The position numbers and the translations under genes are program-made. Shown piece by piece: positions 38,609-50,708 of a DNA stretch of 64,000 bases; the first letter of the stretch is position 1, and every line of letters starts with the position of its first letter. The stretch covers positions 1 to 64,000 of the forward strand of contig JAUCBJ010008720.1 of NCBI GenBank assembly GCA_032718475.1. Direction: 5' to 3'. Under the pieces are notes generated by a model. It saw nothing but the letters and a program-made list of their open reading frames with translations, was not told where the DNA came from and ran no database searches. The stretch comes from Nemertoderma westbladi (Eukaryota; Animalia; Xenacoelomorpha).

Positions 38609-41600
38609 GTGAACAACACGAGGAAGAAAGAATGCCGCCGCAGACCCCGGACGACACCAACCAAACGATCCGAGAGGCCGCGACAAGACGATACCAGCCC
38701 CCCCACCCCGGATTCGCCAATGAGGGACATTCCGGATACCCAAGCGGATGGCGGCCGACAACGAGGAGGGAAAGTCAATGAGGAGTCGACGCGAGGTGAC
38801 GACGGCGGTCAGAGTACTGAAGTGGCCGGCCAACCACAGGCCGAGGAGGGTGACAAATGGCCCACCGGAATGGTGACAGTCGGGCCAAAGGTACGACGCC
38901 GGACGAGGAGGGAAGGTAGAGTCAATGAGGAGGAGGACGTCGGGACAAGTCATTACCTGCGACAGGCCTACAACTCTATCAAGAAGATGTTAAAAGAGCC
39001 AAGGAAGGGAGAAAGGTAGACCAGCCTAAACTATATCAGAGGCTAGGTGAGTCTAATAAACACTTTCGTTATTTAGTCCGTTTTGGACAGGGAGAACTGG
39101 CGAGTGAGAGGGCGAGGGGGGTTGCCACAGAACTATTTGAATTGTGGCGATCCGAGGTGATGGAAGCGGACGTAGTGTACGTAGGGCCTTACTTAGTGGA
39201 TGCCAGGGGAATTAAATTAGTGGGATGGGCGGACCTGCACGACGGCGATTCTGAGGTTAACCCCGAGGATTCAGTATCGTCGGTTAGTAGGAACCCCAGC
39301 AAACGTGGGGAAATTAGTAGGACAGAGAGGCGGCGGGAATCCGTTGCAACCGATAAGTCCGCTACATCCTCCACGAAAGCAAGACGGGTGTTGGAGATAG
39401 ATCTGGCGTATCAACTAGACATTGTTGCGCTGGATCAAAAGGAACTGGAAAGGCAGTTGGATGAGGGAACTGCGTTACTAGAGAGGGAGAGAGAATTGGC
39501 GAGAGAGTGTAAAGAGAGGGCCGAGAGGGTGGTGAGAAACTATAGAGAGCGGGAGGAGAGAGAGATAAACGAGCGCAAAGAGCGGGAGGAGAGAGATAAA
39601 TGAGTGTAGAGAGCGGGAGGCGAGGGAGGCAGAATTAGCCAACCAGAGTATGAGGGAGGATAGAGAGAGAGAGAGAGAGAGTAGGTAAACGGTTGCGGGA
39701 TGATATGCATACCCGGCTGAGGGGGTTAATGCAATATCAGGCGAAGCAAAAGCGCCGGTTAGAACTGGCAAAAATGGGTTTATCGGAGAGCGAGGCTGGT
39801 TCGGGTAGTATTTACGAGGAACCAGAGGTGATGGAAACCTTTGTTAATACCCCACTTACAGGTACCGGATGACAGACCCAGGACTGGTGTGACTGTACGG
39901 GCGGGGGGGGGGGGGGGGGGTAATAATAATAAGGTTTGAGGGAGTTAATATTAATAGTACACTAATAGATAACCCTAATCAAACCTTTCTTGCAGGAAAT
40001 AATATTTTACCCGGTAACAATAATCCTAATGTTTGTGTGCAAAATAATTTAAAAAATAATATTAATAATACCGAACAAAATAATTTAAATAATTTAAACA
40101 ACAATTTAGGTAATAATAATATAATAAATAACCCCGAAGAAATTAATCAGAGTAATATCATTAATAACGGTATAACAAACCAGGGCGTATTTATTAACGG
40201 TGCGTTTAACACAAACGTAGGGGGAACAAGCGAGCCGGCGAATGAGAGCCTGCAAGGCCATGCAGTTGCGCAGGGGGGAGCGGGGGTGAATAAACCCAGC
40301 AATGAGAGCCTGCAAGGCCACGCAGTTGCGCAGGGAGGAGCGGGGGTGAATAAACCCAGTGAGGGTAGAGATAATGCGTCGACTAGAGGGGGGTGTAGGG
40401 GCGAGGTAAGAGGTGATGGATGGGGGTGGGGGCTACGGGTACCCTACCACAAGCGATTAGTGGTGAGAAGGGGGGGGGCAGAGAATGTCCCATAAGCGTC
40501 GACGGGTAATGCGCGCGGCGAGTTAAGTGAGCCATGGCACCCAACGGCGAGCGGGAGGGGGGGGCAGAGAATGTCCCTCAAGCATCGGCGGGTAATGCGC
40601 GTGGTGAGTTAAGTGGACCGCGGCACCCAACAACAAAGGATAGTAGGGGGACTGTGAATATCCCCAGGGCCATCCAACCGGGCGGAGGGAGAGACGTTGG
40701 CGCCGTAAGCGGCGAGCGAGAAAACATCGAGCCCAGTCAGAAGATCGAAGAAGAACAGTGGGGTTTATCCGGGAGGTCGAAGCGAGATCTCATGAGGAGG
40801 AACACTGCACTGAAACGAGATGAGGCGAGGAGAAGCGAGGAAGCGTTGCTACGAGCAACCGGAGGGAAAGGACGGACAGCAAACTGTCAGTAGTCGAGAT
40901 GGAGACAGACAGCCAGTGGGATCACACTCCGGGAGATTGCTATCGCCCCGGAGAAACACAACCTGGTGAGATATACCACACACCAGGAGAGGGTTACAGA
41001 GTGTACTGGTATGAGGATGAAGACAGAAGAGGGGACTGAAGAGAAACTTCCCGTCGGAACGTAGCTGCTGATCGAGAATATGGTAATCGCAGGGAGGACT
41101 TCTTGGAATACTCGAGAAGATTAAACTTCGGTCCGGAAGGACACAGGCAGATTGCAGGACATACTCTAGGCCTTACTGCACATACTATAGGCCATGCTGG
41201 GAGAGATAGTGTAAGCGATTGGGTAGCGCGGACGATGGAATTAAATCTGGAAGTCGCGGCGTACATACTGGTCGGTAGGCAAGAAGTGGATAGGCCTATA
41301 CCGGTACCTGCACACCAGTATAACTATAACATGCAGGGACATAATATTTACCCAGGGGAGGGGGGAGGTATTGCCAATAGCTGCATGGGCCCTAACATGT
41401 TAACATAACACCGGTGGGTGGGGGACAGGGTGATATTCCCACATTGCAGTATCACCAATACACTCAGCCAAGAACAAAAACCCCAAACCCCTCAGACCCA
41501 AATAAGTCATGCGACACAGAGATATGGAGGGGACCGTTATCCCGATGATATATCCAACACAAGGAAAGTCGACGGGCCCGATGGGTGAACCGCACCCAAC

Positions 41601-44600
41601 AGCAAGGGAGTCTGTATCCCAATCATCGAGCGCACTGGAAGTACAGGTGATGGGAATGGCAACACTCATCGACGCGCTGAAGACTAGGATCGAGCTACCG
41701 CCAGTGGAGCCTTTCAAATTCGATGGTAGTAAGCCAGAGGAATACCTGCAATTCCGGCGTATACTAACGAAGAACTTGATGCAGGCGGAGTGCCTTAAAT
41801 ACTTACAAGTCTACACAGGGGGGCCAGCATACGACATCATGAGGCAGTACCAAGGAGGATTGAAGGAGGATTCACGACTGCATGGCGAGCCCTGGACAGG
41901 GAATTCGGGCATCCTGCGAAGATCATCCGACAAACCTTAAGGGGAATAACATCAGGCGGACTACAGGATAACCCTGTCAGCATTAAGACCTTCGCGAATA
42001 AAGTCAAAAAGGTGCTGATTGTGTTAAAGACCCTAGATGCACCTTACGAACTCAACGCATCGAATAACATCACTACAATAGTGCAGGTACTACTGATCTG
42101 GCTGAGGAACAAGTGGAGAAAGATCGCCTTCTCCACCCGGGAGAAGAAAGATGCGGAGCCAGGGCTAGAGGAGATGTCGAACTTCCTTAACTATGAGGCG
42201 GAATTGTTTACAGACCCAGTCTACAGTGAGGACAGTTTGGAGAGGGCGCCGAAAGCTGAATATAACAGGCCTAAACCCGAACACCATGCGGCGAATGCAC
42301 TACCAAAATTAAGACAGTCACTACCGTATGCGGCAACACAGGAGACTTGTAGTCCACAGACAGCTGGGAGTAGAGCCACACTGTGTCAGGGACAGAGACA
42401 AAACAACAACACGAACAAATATAATCCCAATACACCCAGTAGGCCGAGTCCAAATAACCAAAACACTAAACCAGTAGATATGAATCTATGCGCAATAGCG
42501 TGAAGGTCTATACAAGGAACGCTACAATCCAGGATACAAATGTCAATTGCATAGAGATGGAACCCATAAGACCATGGACTGTAAGCATTGGCAGGCGTTG
42601 ATTAAACAAGATCGGGTAGCCTATGCTGGTATAAATGGACTATGTCATTGATGCATGGTAGGAGGACACAGATTCGAAGAGTGCAGAGAGACACCAAGAA
42701 AACACGACGAGGTAGATGGAAATAGAGGCCAAACGATGGCGACAAGCACCACGGGAGCGAAGAGAAGGGGAACGGTACTACTTGGGGTGGTACTGGTAGG
42801 ATAATAGGAGAGAGTGGGTGGTCTGTCACAACGTTAATGTTGGTCGACAGCAGAGCAGCGTTCACGCTAGCGGAAAGTTGGGTGGCCGAAGAGATAGGGT
42901 TGCAGACGAGGCCAAGCAAAATGGCGGTAACTACTATCTCGAGTAAGGACAAGTTCTTGAAGATGAGAACGGGACATTGCGAAATATCAGCGATAGCACC
43001 AAGGTGCGATTATGGGGCGACCATCGACCCCATCCAAATAATAGAATCAATTAATATAAACACCAGGAGGCCCACAAGGATCGAGGTTGAGCAATACCGG
43101 TTCCTGGACGATATCGATTTCTCCGTACCTCAACTGGACATCTAGAAGGTATCTCTCATTGTCGGCATGGACTGCCCGATGGCCCACGAGAGACTACGGA
43201 CCATATTTGGAGGGGATAGAGAGCGAGATCCGATGGCGATTCTTACGCCATTCGGATGGACGCTCAGCGGCCCAATAAGACAAGAATTCCGTTTAGCGTG
43301 TCGGAATCCTCAGGGTGCATGTTCGCTGGAACAATGAAGGAAATGGGGGACGAAGGAGCAGAGGAGCAACTCAAGAAGCTGCTGCAGCAGGACTTCGAGG
43401 GATTGAAGGAGACCGGGGTCGGGACCTCGGTGGAGGACAAGCAGGCGCTGGAGAGCGTGAAGAACTCGGTGAAGTGTGAAGGGGGCGGTGTACCATAGGG
43501 ATGGTATGGAAACAACCAATGTTACCGCTACCAGACAATAGAAGGATGGTCCTGACGAGGCTTCAAAAACTGAAGCAGACACTCAGATGGAGCCCCGAGA
43601 AGGATGAATATATCCACAGGATGATTAAGAAATATGTGGACAAAGGGTGGGCCGTGGAGTTACCGGTGGATGAACCAAACACCGACAGGACCTACTATTT
43701 GCCACTGCATGTGGCTTTGGACCCTAAAAAGGGTAAACTACGGATGATGGTCGACGCGTTGGCCAAGACTAACGGCAAGAGCTTGAATGACTACCTGCTG
43801 GAAGGCCCCAACATTTACAACTCAGGGATAGAGGTCCTGTTGAGATTCAGAAATGGAAGGCACGCCTTCACGTGCGACCTCGAAGGCATGTTCAACCAAG
43901 TCTGAGTTACAGAGGAAGACAGCGATAGTCAGCACTTCCTGTGGTACAACGGCGGCGAAGAACCATCAGAGATACCGATGTACAAGATGGTAGTGCAGAA
44001 CATGGGGGTCAAATCGTCCTCGTTCACAACGACTACGGCTATGAGAGACATGGTGGAGGATAAGGAAGGAGAATACAGTGGGAAGGCGATCGACATGATT
44101 CGACGCGGATTCTATGTGGACGATGGGATGGGATCTGGAAACACGGTTGAAGAAATACTCGAGATAGGGCACGAAGTTTGCGATATCCTAAAAGGATCCG
44201 GGTTCAACCTTACAAAATTCCAGTCCAACTCCAAGGAATTCATGAAGGCCATATAGGATAAACGACCAGAGACAACGATGGACAACCCCACAACGGCAAA
44301 GGGACAGATTATGGCAGACAAGAGGGTGGAGTCACAGCAAAAGGCGCTAGGGATCGTGTGGAACTGGGAGATGGATGAGTTGGAGTATCAACTAGGTCAG
44401 GAGGGTGCCGAAATCCATACCAAATGAGGCTATGTATCGTACATAGCAAGGATATACGATCCCCTAGGCCTGACATCCCCGTTATTAGTCATGGGGAAGC
44501 AAATTCTGAAGAAAGTGTATAAGTCAAAGGACGATTGGGATGTGGAGGTCCCGGAGGAAATAAGTAGACAGTGGAACCCCCATCTTGAGGAGATGGGGAC

Positions 44601-46784
44601 ATACAGTATGCCACGCGTGTACTTCCCGGATGGAGACATGACGGATCTGAGTCTGGATATGTTTTCCGATGCATCCTTGGAAGCATACGGAGCGGAACTG
44701 TATTTGGTACAGCGAAATGGGGCTCATAAGCCCAGGCTTGTGTTTAGTAAAGCGAAGTCGACGCCACCAGATTCAGCATCAGTGCCAAAACTCGAGCAAA
44801 TGGCTGCGAGGTTAGGAGTAAGGGCGACAGCATACTTGATGGACACCATACCCAACATAGTGGAAACATACTACTGGACGGATTCCATGGTAGTGTTAGG
44901 GTGGCTACACAACGAGAAGACGTGATACCCTATATTTGTGGCGAACAGGATAAATGAGATAAGGGCAACGACCGATCTGGAAAAGTGGCACTACTGCCCA
45001 ACCGACGACAATCCAGCAGATCTGTTATCGAGGGGTGTTGTACACCACACTTTCTCGAGAAAGCAGGATTTGTGGCAGCATGGGCCGCACTTTCTTTACG
45101 ATAGGTCGACCTGGCCACCAATGAGGAAGGTAGACCCAGGTACGGAGGAAGTAGCAGTAGAAGAGGAGGGAGAGGATTTTGAAGGGGAAGAGATATACAG
45201 CCAATTGGCGAGGGAGATTAAGGAGGTGCCACAGAAACCGAGAGAACCATGCGACAACCCAACAGATAGGTTGCTCAGTTACAGCTCCACCTGGTACAAG
45301 ACTAAGAAGTTGGTAGCATATTTGAGGGCCTACGGGGATTTCCTCAGGGGAGTTGGTAAGGATACCAAAACGAGACCCATTATCGATCTGGAAGGGGCGG
45401 CCAAAGCCGTGATACGATACGAGCAAAGGAAGGGGTACGCGGATGAAGTGAACAGAGTCAGCAAGCAACAGCACCTTCGTCAGGACAGCGAACTCAACCC
45501 ACTGTCTCCGCAATTGAACGATGACGGGATCCTGGTGATGAATTCCAGAGTGGTAAACAACAATAGCCCAGTCATTCCACCAAAACCCATATTAATCCCC
45601 AATAAGTCACCAATAGTCCACCAGATCATATGGGATTCCCATAAATCGATACTACATGGAGGAACCAATCAGACCCTGACAGAGATACGGAAGACGTTCT
45701 GGGTTATCCAACTCAGGAAGATGGTAAAGGCGGTAGTGGGGCAGTGCCAGACCTGCCGACGGACGAAGAAGGAGAGGGCCGTACAGGAGATGGCGCCATT
45801 ACCGGCCAACAGAGTGAGGCGTGATGCCTCACTCTGTATGTGTAAATGGCGGGTCGTGATGACCCGCCATTTACACACTGCGGCGTGGAAATGTTCGGGC
45901 CGATTAAGATAAAGGTGATGCGCCATACAGAGAAACGCTACGGCATTATCTTTGTCTGCAATAACACGAGGGCGGTGGGAATAGAACTTGCACAGGACGC
46001 TACAGCGTCGGCATTTATTAATGCCTTAGAGAGGTTTGTAACCCGCAGAGGAGGGATGGTAGAGGTGTTATATTCAGATTATGGGACCAACTTCGTGGGC
46101 GCAGAAAACGAGTTGGCCGAGGCTCTCGACAACCTAGAGGGAGATGATGTCAGGGCGGCGATGAGGAAACATCTTATAAAGTGGGAGAGGAGAACGCCAT
46201 ACGCACCACATACATTAGGGTTTGTGGAGAGGCTCGTGGGAAGCTCCAAACGCCTGATGACCATACTGATGAACAACCATATTGTCACGGAAGATGTATT
46301 GAGAATGGTGTTAGCCAAGTGCCAGGGGATCATTAATAGCTGACCACTATATCCTGAGAACAACGACCCGGAATCACTGGACATCCTAACACCGGCTCAT
46401 TTACTCATGGAGAGGCCGGCGACGATTGACATGCGAAGTATAGATCCAGACGACATATATTCGCATCAAAGTTGGAAGGTCGCCAAGGCAATAAGCACGG
46501 AGTATTGGACGAGATGGATACAAGAGTATCTTACAACACTACATAAGAGGAGCAAATGGAGGAATACTGGCAGAGAACTGAAGAAGGGTGACTTGATAAT
46601 TGTCACAGAGGACACAATTATCAATAACCAGTGGAGGCTAGCCAGGGTAGTAGAAACCTACCCCGACGAGGATGAAAGGATTAGGTCAGTGGAAGTGAGG
46701 ATTGGAGGAAAGATAGGGGCCAAAGATGGGAAGACCTACAGGAGGGAGGTAGGAAAGTGTTGCCTATTGGAAGGGTCGCCTTAA
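38609..46784 (+). pseudogene. Disabled gag-pol of element C
   Basis: PFKFDGSKPEEY (gag), LVDSRA (protease), GFYVDDG (RT), MFSDAS and YYWTDSM (RNase H), HGG...CQTC and YSDYGTNFVG/VERLVGS (integrase), WIQEYL (C-terminus). Many stops and frameshifts. Confidence 0.93.
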
Positions 46785-46919
46785 AGTTTAGTTGTCCAAT
46801 ATATTGGACTGAGGGGGTGGGAATGACGGCGAGACGCCCTTCCCACACATAAAATAAAGAAAATAAACAATCAAAATAATAAAATAAGTACTTAGTATTG
46901 TAGGTAGTAGATAGTAGTA

Positions 46920-47095
46920 GGGTACATAGTACCATAGAACCTATGGGCACTGAGGGCGCCATGTGAGGAATTGAGGGGTATGTACGCATACCATAGTATT
47001 AGGGTACATAGTGAGTACCATAGAACCTGTGGGCACTGAGGGCGCCACATGAGGAATTGAGGGGTACACAGTACCATAGAACTTGTGGGCACGTG
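46920..47095 (+). repeat. Short tandem repeat (~2.5 copies) between pol and the extra ORF
   Basis: GGGTACA..GTACCATAGAACCTRTGGGCACTGAGGGCGCCA..TGAGGAATTGAGGGG repeated. Confidence 0.85.
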
Positions 47096-47562
47096 GGTAC
47101 AGCAGGATAGACTGTGTAGGCCGCACGAAACAGACTACTGTACCGCACAGCCCGTAGTGTAAGTATAGGCTATTGTTACAGAGCCAGAAAGCTGTTTGGT
47201 AGGAAGCTAGCGCAGTAATAAAATTATAGCTAGTCTTCTCTGTATACAAATAGAGGGGTTACTTAAGTAAGTAATCTGCTGACAGTTGTTTATAGCACAG
47301 TGAGGGGGGAATATAAATAATATCAAAGTTAGAAAAATAATAAATTATAGCAACTGGGGGGAGGGAATTCTAGAATCATAATTAAAGTAACGGACAGATT
47401 TTGTAAATTAGAGAAAATTGGCACTTTGGGGGTATATTTGCAAAAATATACCAAGAAAGTACAACCTAGGACGTAGGCCATTACTGAACGAAACTTATAA
47501 CATCCTGTTTAACGGCCCTCACTTAAATTGAGCCTTTGTAAGGCCCCACCAATTGGGTGAGC

Positions 47563-49302
47563 ATGGGAAAGTTTGTGATGGCGGAGAGGTTAGTAAGGAA
47601 GAGAAAGGCGGAGAAAACTGGGAAGGAGCTACTAGTGGACTTCACGCAGAGGCATCCGGAGGAGAAAATGAAAGGATACTACTAACCGAAGTATCCGAGG
47701 GAACCATCGAGGAAGGAATGGAGGAGGTTTGTAGAGTCTGTGAGCAGGGGTGGGTACATGGTCCTAGATGACGAAGGGACTGTGGAGGATGACGAGGGTT
47801 CGAGAAGCGGGTCGGCGGGATCGGCTAGAACTATACTACTGCATTTGGCAGCGCCAAACGGAGATATCTTTCTATTCGACCTGGGGACCTACGGGAAGAA
47901 GAGCGGGCCAAAGTTGAACCGGTTGCCGAGGGCGGAGCAGGACCTTGTGAGACAGAAGACTACAGTTAAGGTGGGATCGGCGATCCGCGACAATGCGGAC
48001 AGGATGATTGGACTGGACACCCCCAAACTCCTGGACATGCAAGTAGTCTATATGGCTATGACGGGGCCAGAGGGGTTGGGATTGGTAGAGAACACGCGAC
48101 ATTGTGGAGCCGTGGCGATGGGCCAACTGATGGGGCTCATCTGCCACAAGCCGATGGACTGAGGGAAGTTCCGGGAGGAATACGGAGCAGAACTTGTGAA
48201 CTCGCTGAAATGGGGAGCGAGACCAGGAAAGCAGGAGGTATATCAGTTCCGAAGGGGAGCGATAAAGATATATCAGAAGAGATATATCTTACAGGAGGAT
48301 TGGGTAATGATAGGTTTATTAAACCTATTCATGGCCGTGGTTATCGGAAGAGAGCCGGCGGTGTTTCTACTATCAGGAGCACCTCTAAATTACAGGAGAG
48401 CCTTTAAGGTGGCCTTGGAGGATCTTGTAGACCACTAGGGGCTGAAGGGCGAGTCGGTATACTACGACAGCCGACACCTAGTGGACAGAGAGGTGGATAC
48501 ACCGTACAAGAGGTGGAAGAAGTTGGAAGCGGATAGAGTCGAGGAGAGGAGACTGGAGGAGGTCATGAGGAGAGAAAGGAAGGATCGGAGAGAGAAGCAG
48601 ATATAAGGGGAGAGGAATACGAGTTTGAAGCCCAGAACCTGGATGAGCTGAGGTGGGGATCGGAGACCTTCGGACCTTCGGAGTTTCTAGGGGATGAACT
48701 GGGATGGATGGAAGTCAAACCACTCGAAACAGTCGACATCGGGATTGCAAGCAATGCCCATACCAGGGGGCTCTGAGGGTGATTTTGGAAGGAAGAGACG
48801 GAGGGAGCTGGAGGGGTGGAAAGTCATGGGTGGAAACCAAGGTGGAAAGGGACATAGTGGATCTACCAGGTTACCGGGTTCGGGTCCACTCCCGGCGAGA
48901 GAGGAAGATGACGACGAGTTCGGGGTGATGCCGCCGATAGAGAGAATTGCGACCCCAGCGGGGGAAGAGGGGGAGGATGAGTTCGGCGCGATGCCGCCGA
49001 TTGCGAGGATTGGCCACTCAGATACGGACTGGGTGGGCAGGAGGGTGGTGATGGCCAGCGGGGCGAGAGCCTTCTGGGGCAAACCCGGCAAGCGGGCCTG
49101 GGAGCACGGGGAGCCGGCGATGGATTTTGCGGCAAGTACGATCAGGTTGGGCGAGCAACTGGGAACGGCACCATGGGTAGTGTTTGGGGAGACGATGCCG
49201 ACGGTGGAGGAAGTATGGAAGAAGAGTAAGACGGTATCAGCAAGGATGATGAGTCTCAAGGAGGATAAACCAGAGGGAAGGAAGCAGGCCCAGACAAGAT
49301 GA
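47563..49302 (+). pseudogene. Extra ORF of element C: DEDDy-type 3'-5' exonuclease-like domain + acidic/Gly-rich C-terminal region
   Basis: ATG at 47563. ORF pieces 47740-48162, 48196-48438 and 48694-49302 are all in the same frame. Point stops at 47683, 48160 and 48436; further stops or frameshifts between 48438 and 48694. Motifs in WRN/RNase D order: YMVLDDEG, LLHLAAPNGDIFLFDL, LP...VKVGSAIRDN, LLDMQ, YQKRYILQED. Confidence 0.72.
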
Positions 49303-50065
49303 CGATAGGGGCAAAGAACTCAGATGGTTCCCGAAGACGGAGGAGCGAACTAGAACTCAGGAACAGAGATGTGGGTGTGCCTGCAAGGCACCACATGTAG
49401 GAAAGAGTACAAACTCCTAAGTGCAAAAATAATCAAGTGCAATTAGTATGTACGTACGTAAATAATTAATTAAAACAATATATAATAAATGTGTTTACTA
49501 TAGTCACACACAACCTTTTCCAACTAGCTACTGGGATTGGGGACCGATTGACTATGACAGAAGGACGATTCATAAGACGGATCCCATTTCTCAAGTGTGG
49601 CCACACTAATGATAATGTGGGATCCTGACAGGAGGGCACGAAGAACGGAGTAAAATATCGGTTGAGTATAGGGGAATTGGGGGGAAGTACAGAGAGGATG
49701 CGTAGGGGTGAGAGGAAGTGAAAGGAGTGCAATTCAAGTGTGGGGAGCGAGCATTGATGGAGGATGAGTCCCAAAGGGACTGGTAAGAGAAGAAGGGACA
49801 AAGGTCCATGAGGAAAGTTTGAGAAAAAATAGTGTGGAGAGTGAGGACAATGATCTCAAACAGAGACACCAGATACCTTGGTGCAACATAGCTCGCGATT
49901 GCACCAAGGATGGGTAGTAATAACAGACACAGAGGGAGCGGTGTAGAAAGCCGACCCCGAGAAGAAACTCCACCCCACATCCAAAATTAGATTGGATTCC
50001 AGCGGAATTGAAGCACACTTAAGGTTGATGCTATCTTCTCACCGGGAAAATAGCATGGGGGGGAG

Positions 50066-50708
50066 TGTAAACGGATTCAATTCCCTACACCACCCACCGA
50101 AAATGGGACTAGTGGCATTTTACCAATATAGTTGGCGATGCGAGATTACCAATAATAATCTCGCCTCATAATCAACTCGGGGGGGCGACACACGCCCTAA
50201 GCCACAGAGAGAGGTGAGAGGTCAAACCACCTCAGAGGGACAACCCAGCTAGCGAGGCTAGCACCAGGGGATAACACCTACAGGGAGTGGCGAAGTGACA
50301 ATTAGTATATAAGCCAATAGCGGGCAGGGAAGCACGTGGGAAGGACAGGAGGGCATCCATTGGGTACCAAAGGCCACAGTAGTGTAGAGCTCAAACCAAT
50401 ATGTATCAATCATATAGTTACTCTGATTACCGATTTACCGGTCAGTTGATTGATTATCACACAGTTGCGGACCGGCATAGTTTTGACCGTCATTTCATAT
50501 GGTAATTTATATTACTATACTGTTGCTGTCATCATTCTGTATTACAATCTATATTGTCATTTCATATACGTTAATTAATAATTTTGTTATTAATACTGAG
50601 AAACAAACTCTATTATTTTCCCCAACGGCCTTCGGCCAAAGATACTAGCCCAGCAGCCCAGCAGCCCAGCAGCCAAGTGACGCATACAACCTTACCCTGT
50701 CGGGATCT
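50066..50708 (+). repeat. 3' LTR of element C (main part; last 17 bp displaced to 55269-55285)
   Basis: Matches the 5' LTR up to CGGGATCT. The remaining GAGTCGATCC..CACA lies beyond the LINE. Confidence 0.92.

Noticed and set aside
47563-49302. env gene interpretation of the extra ORF in element C
   Set aside because: No signal peptide, C-terminal transmembrane anchor or Cys-rich ectodomain is visible; exonuclease-like motifs fit better.
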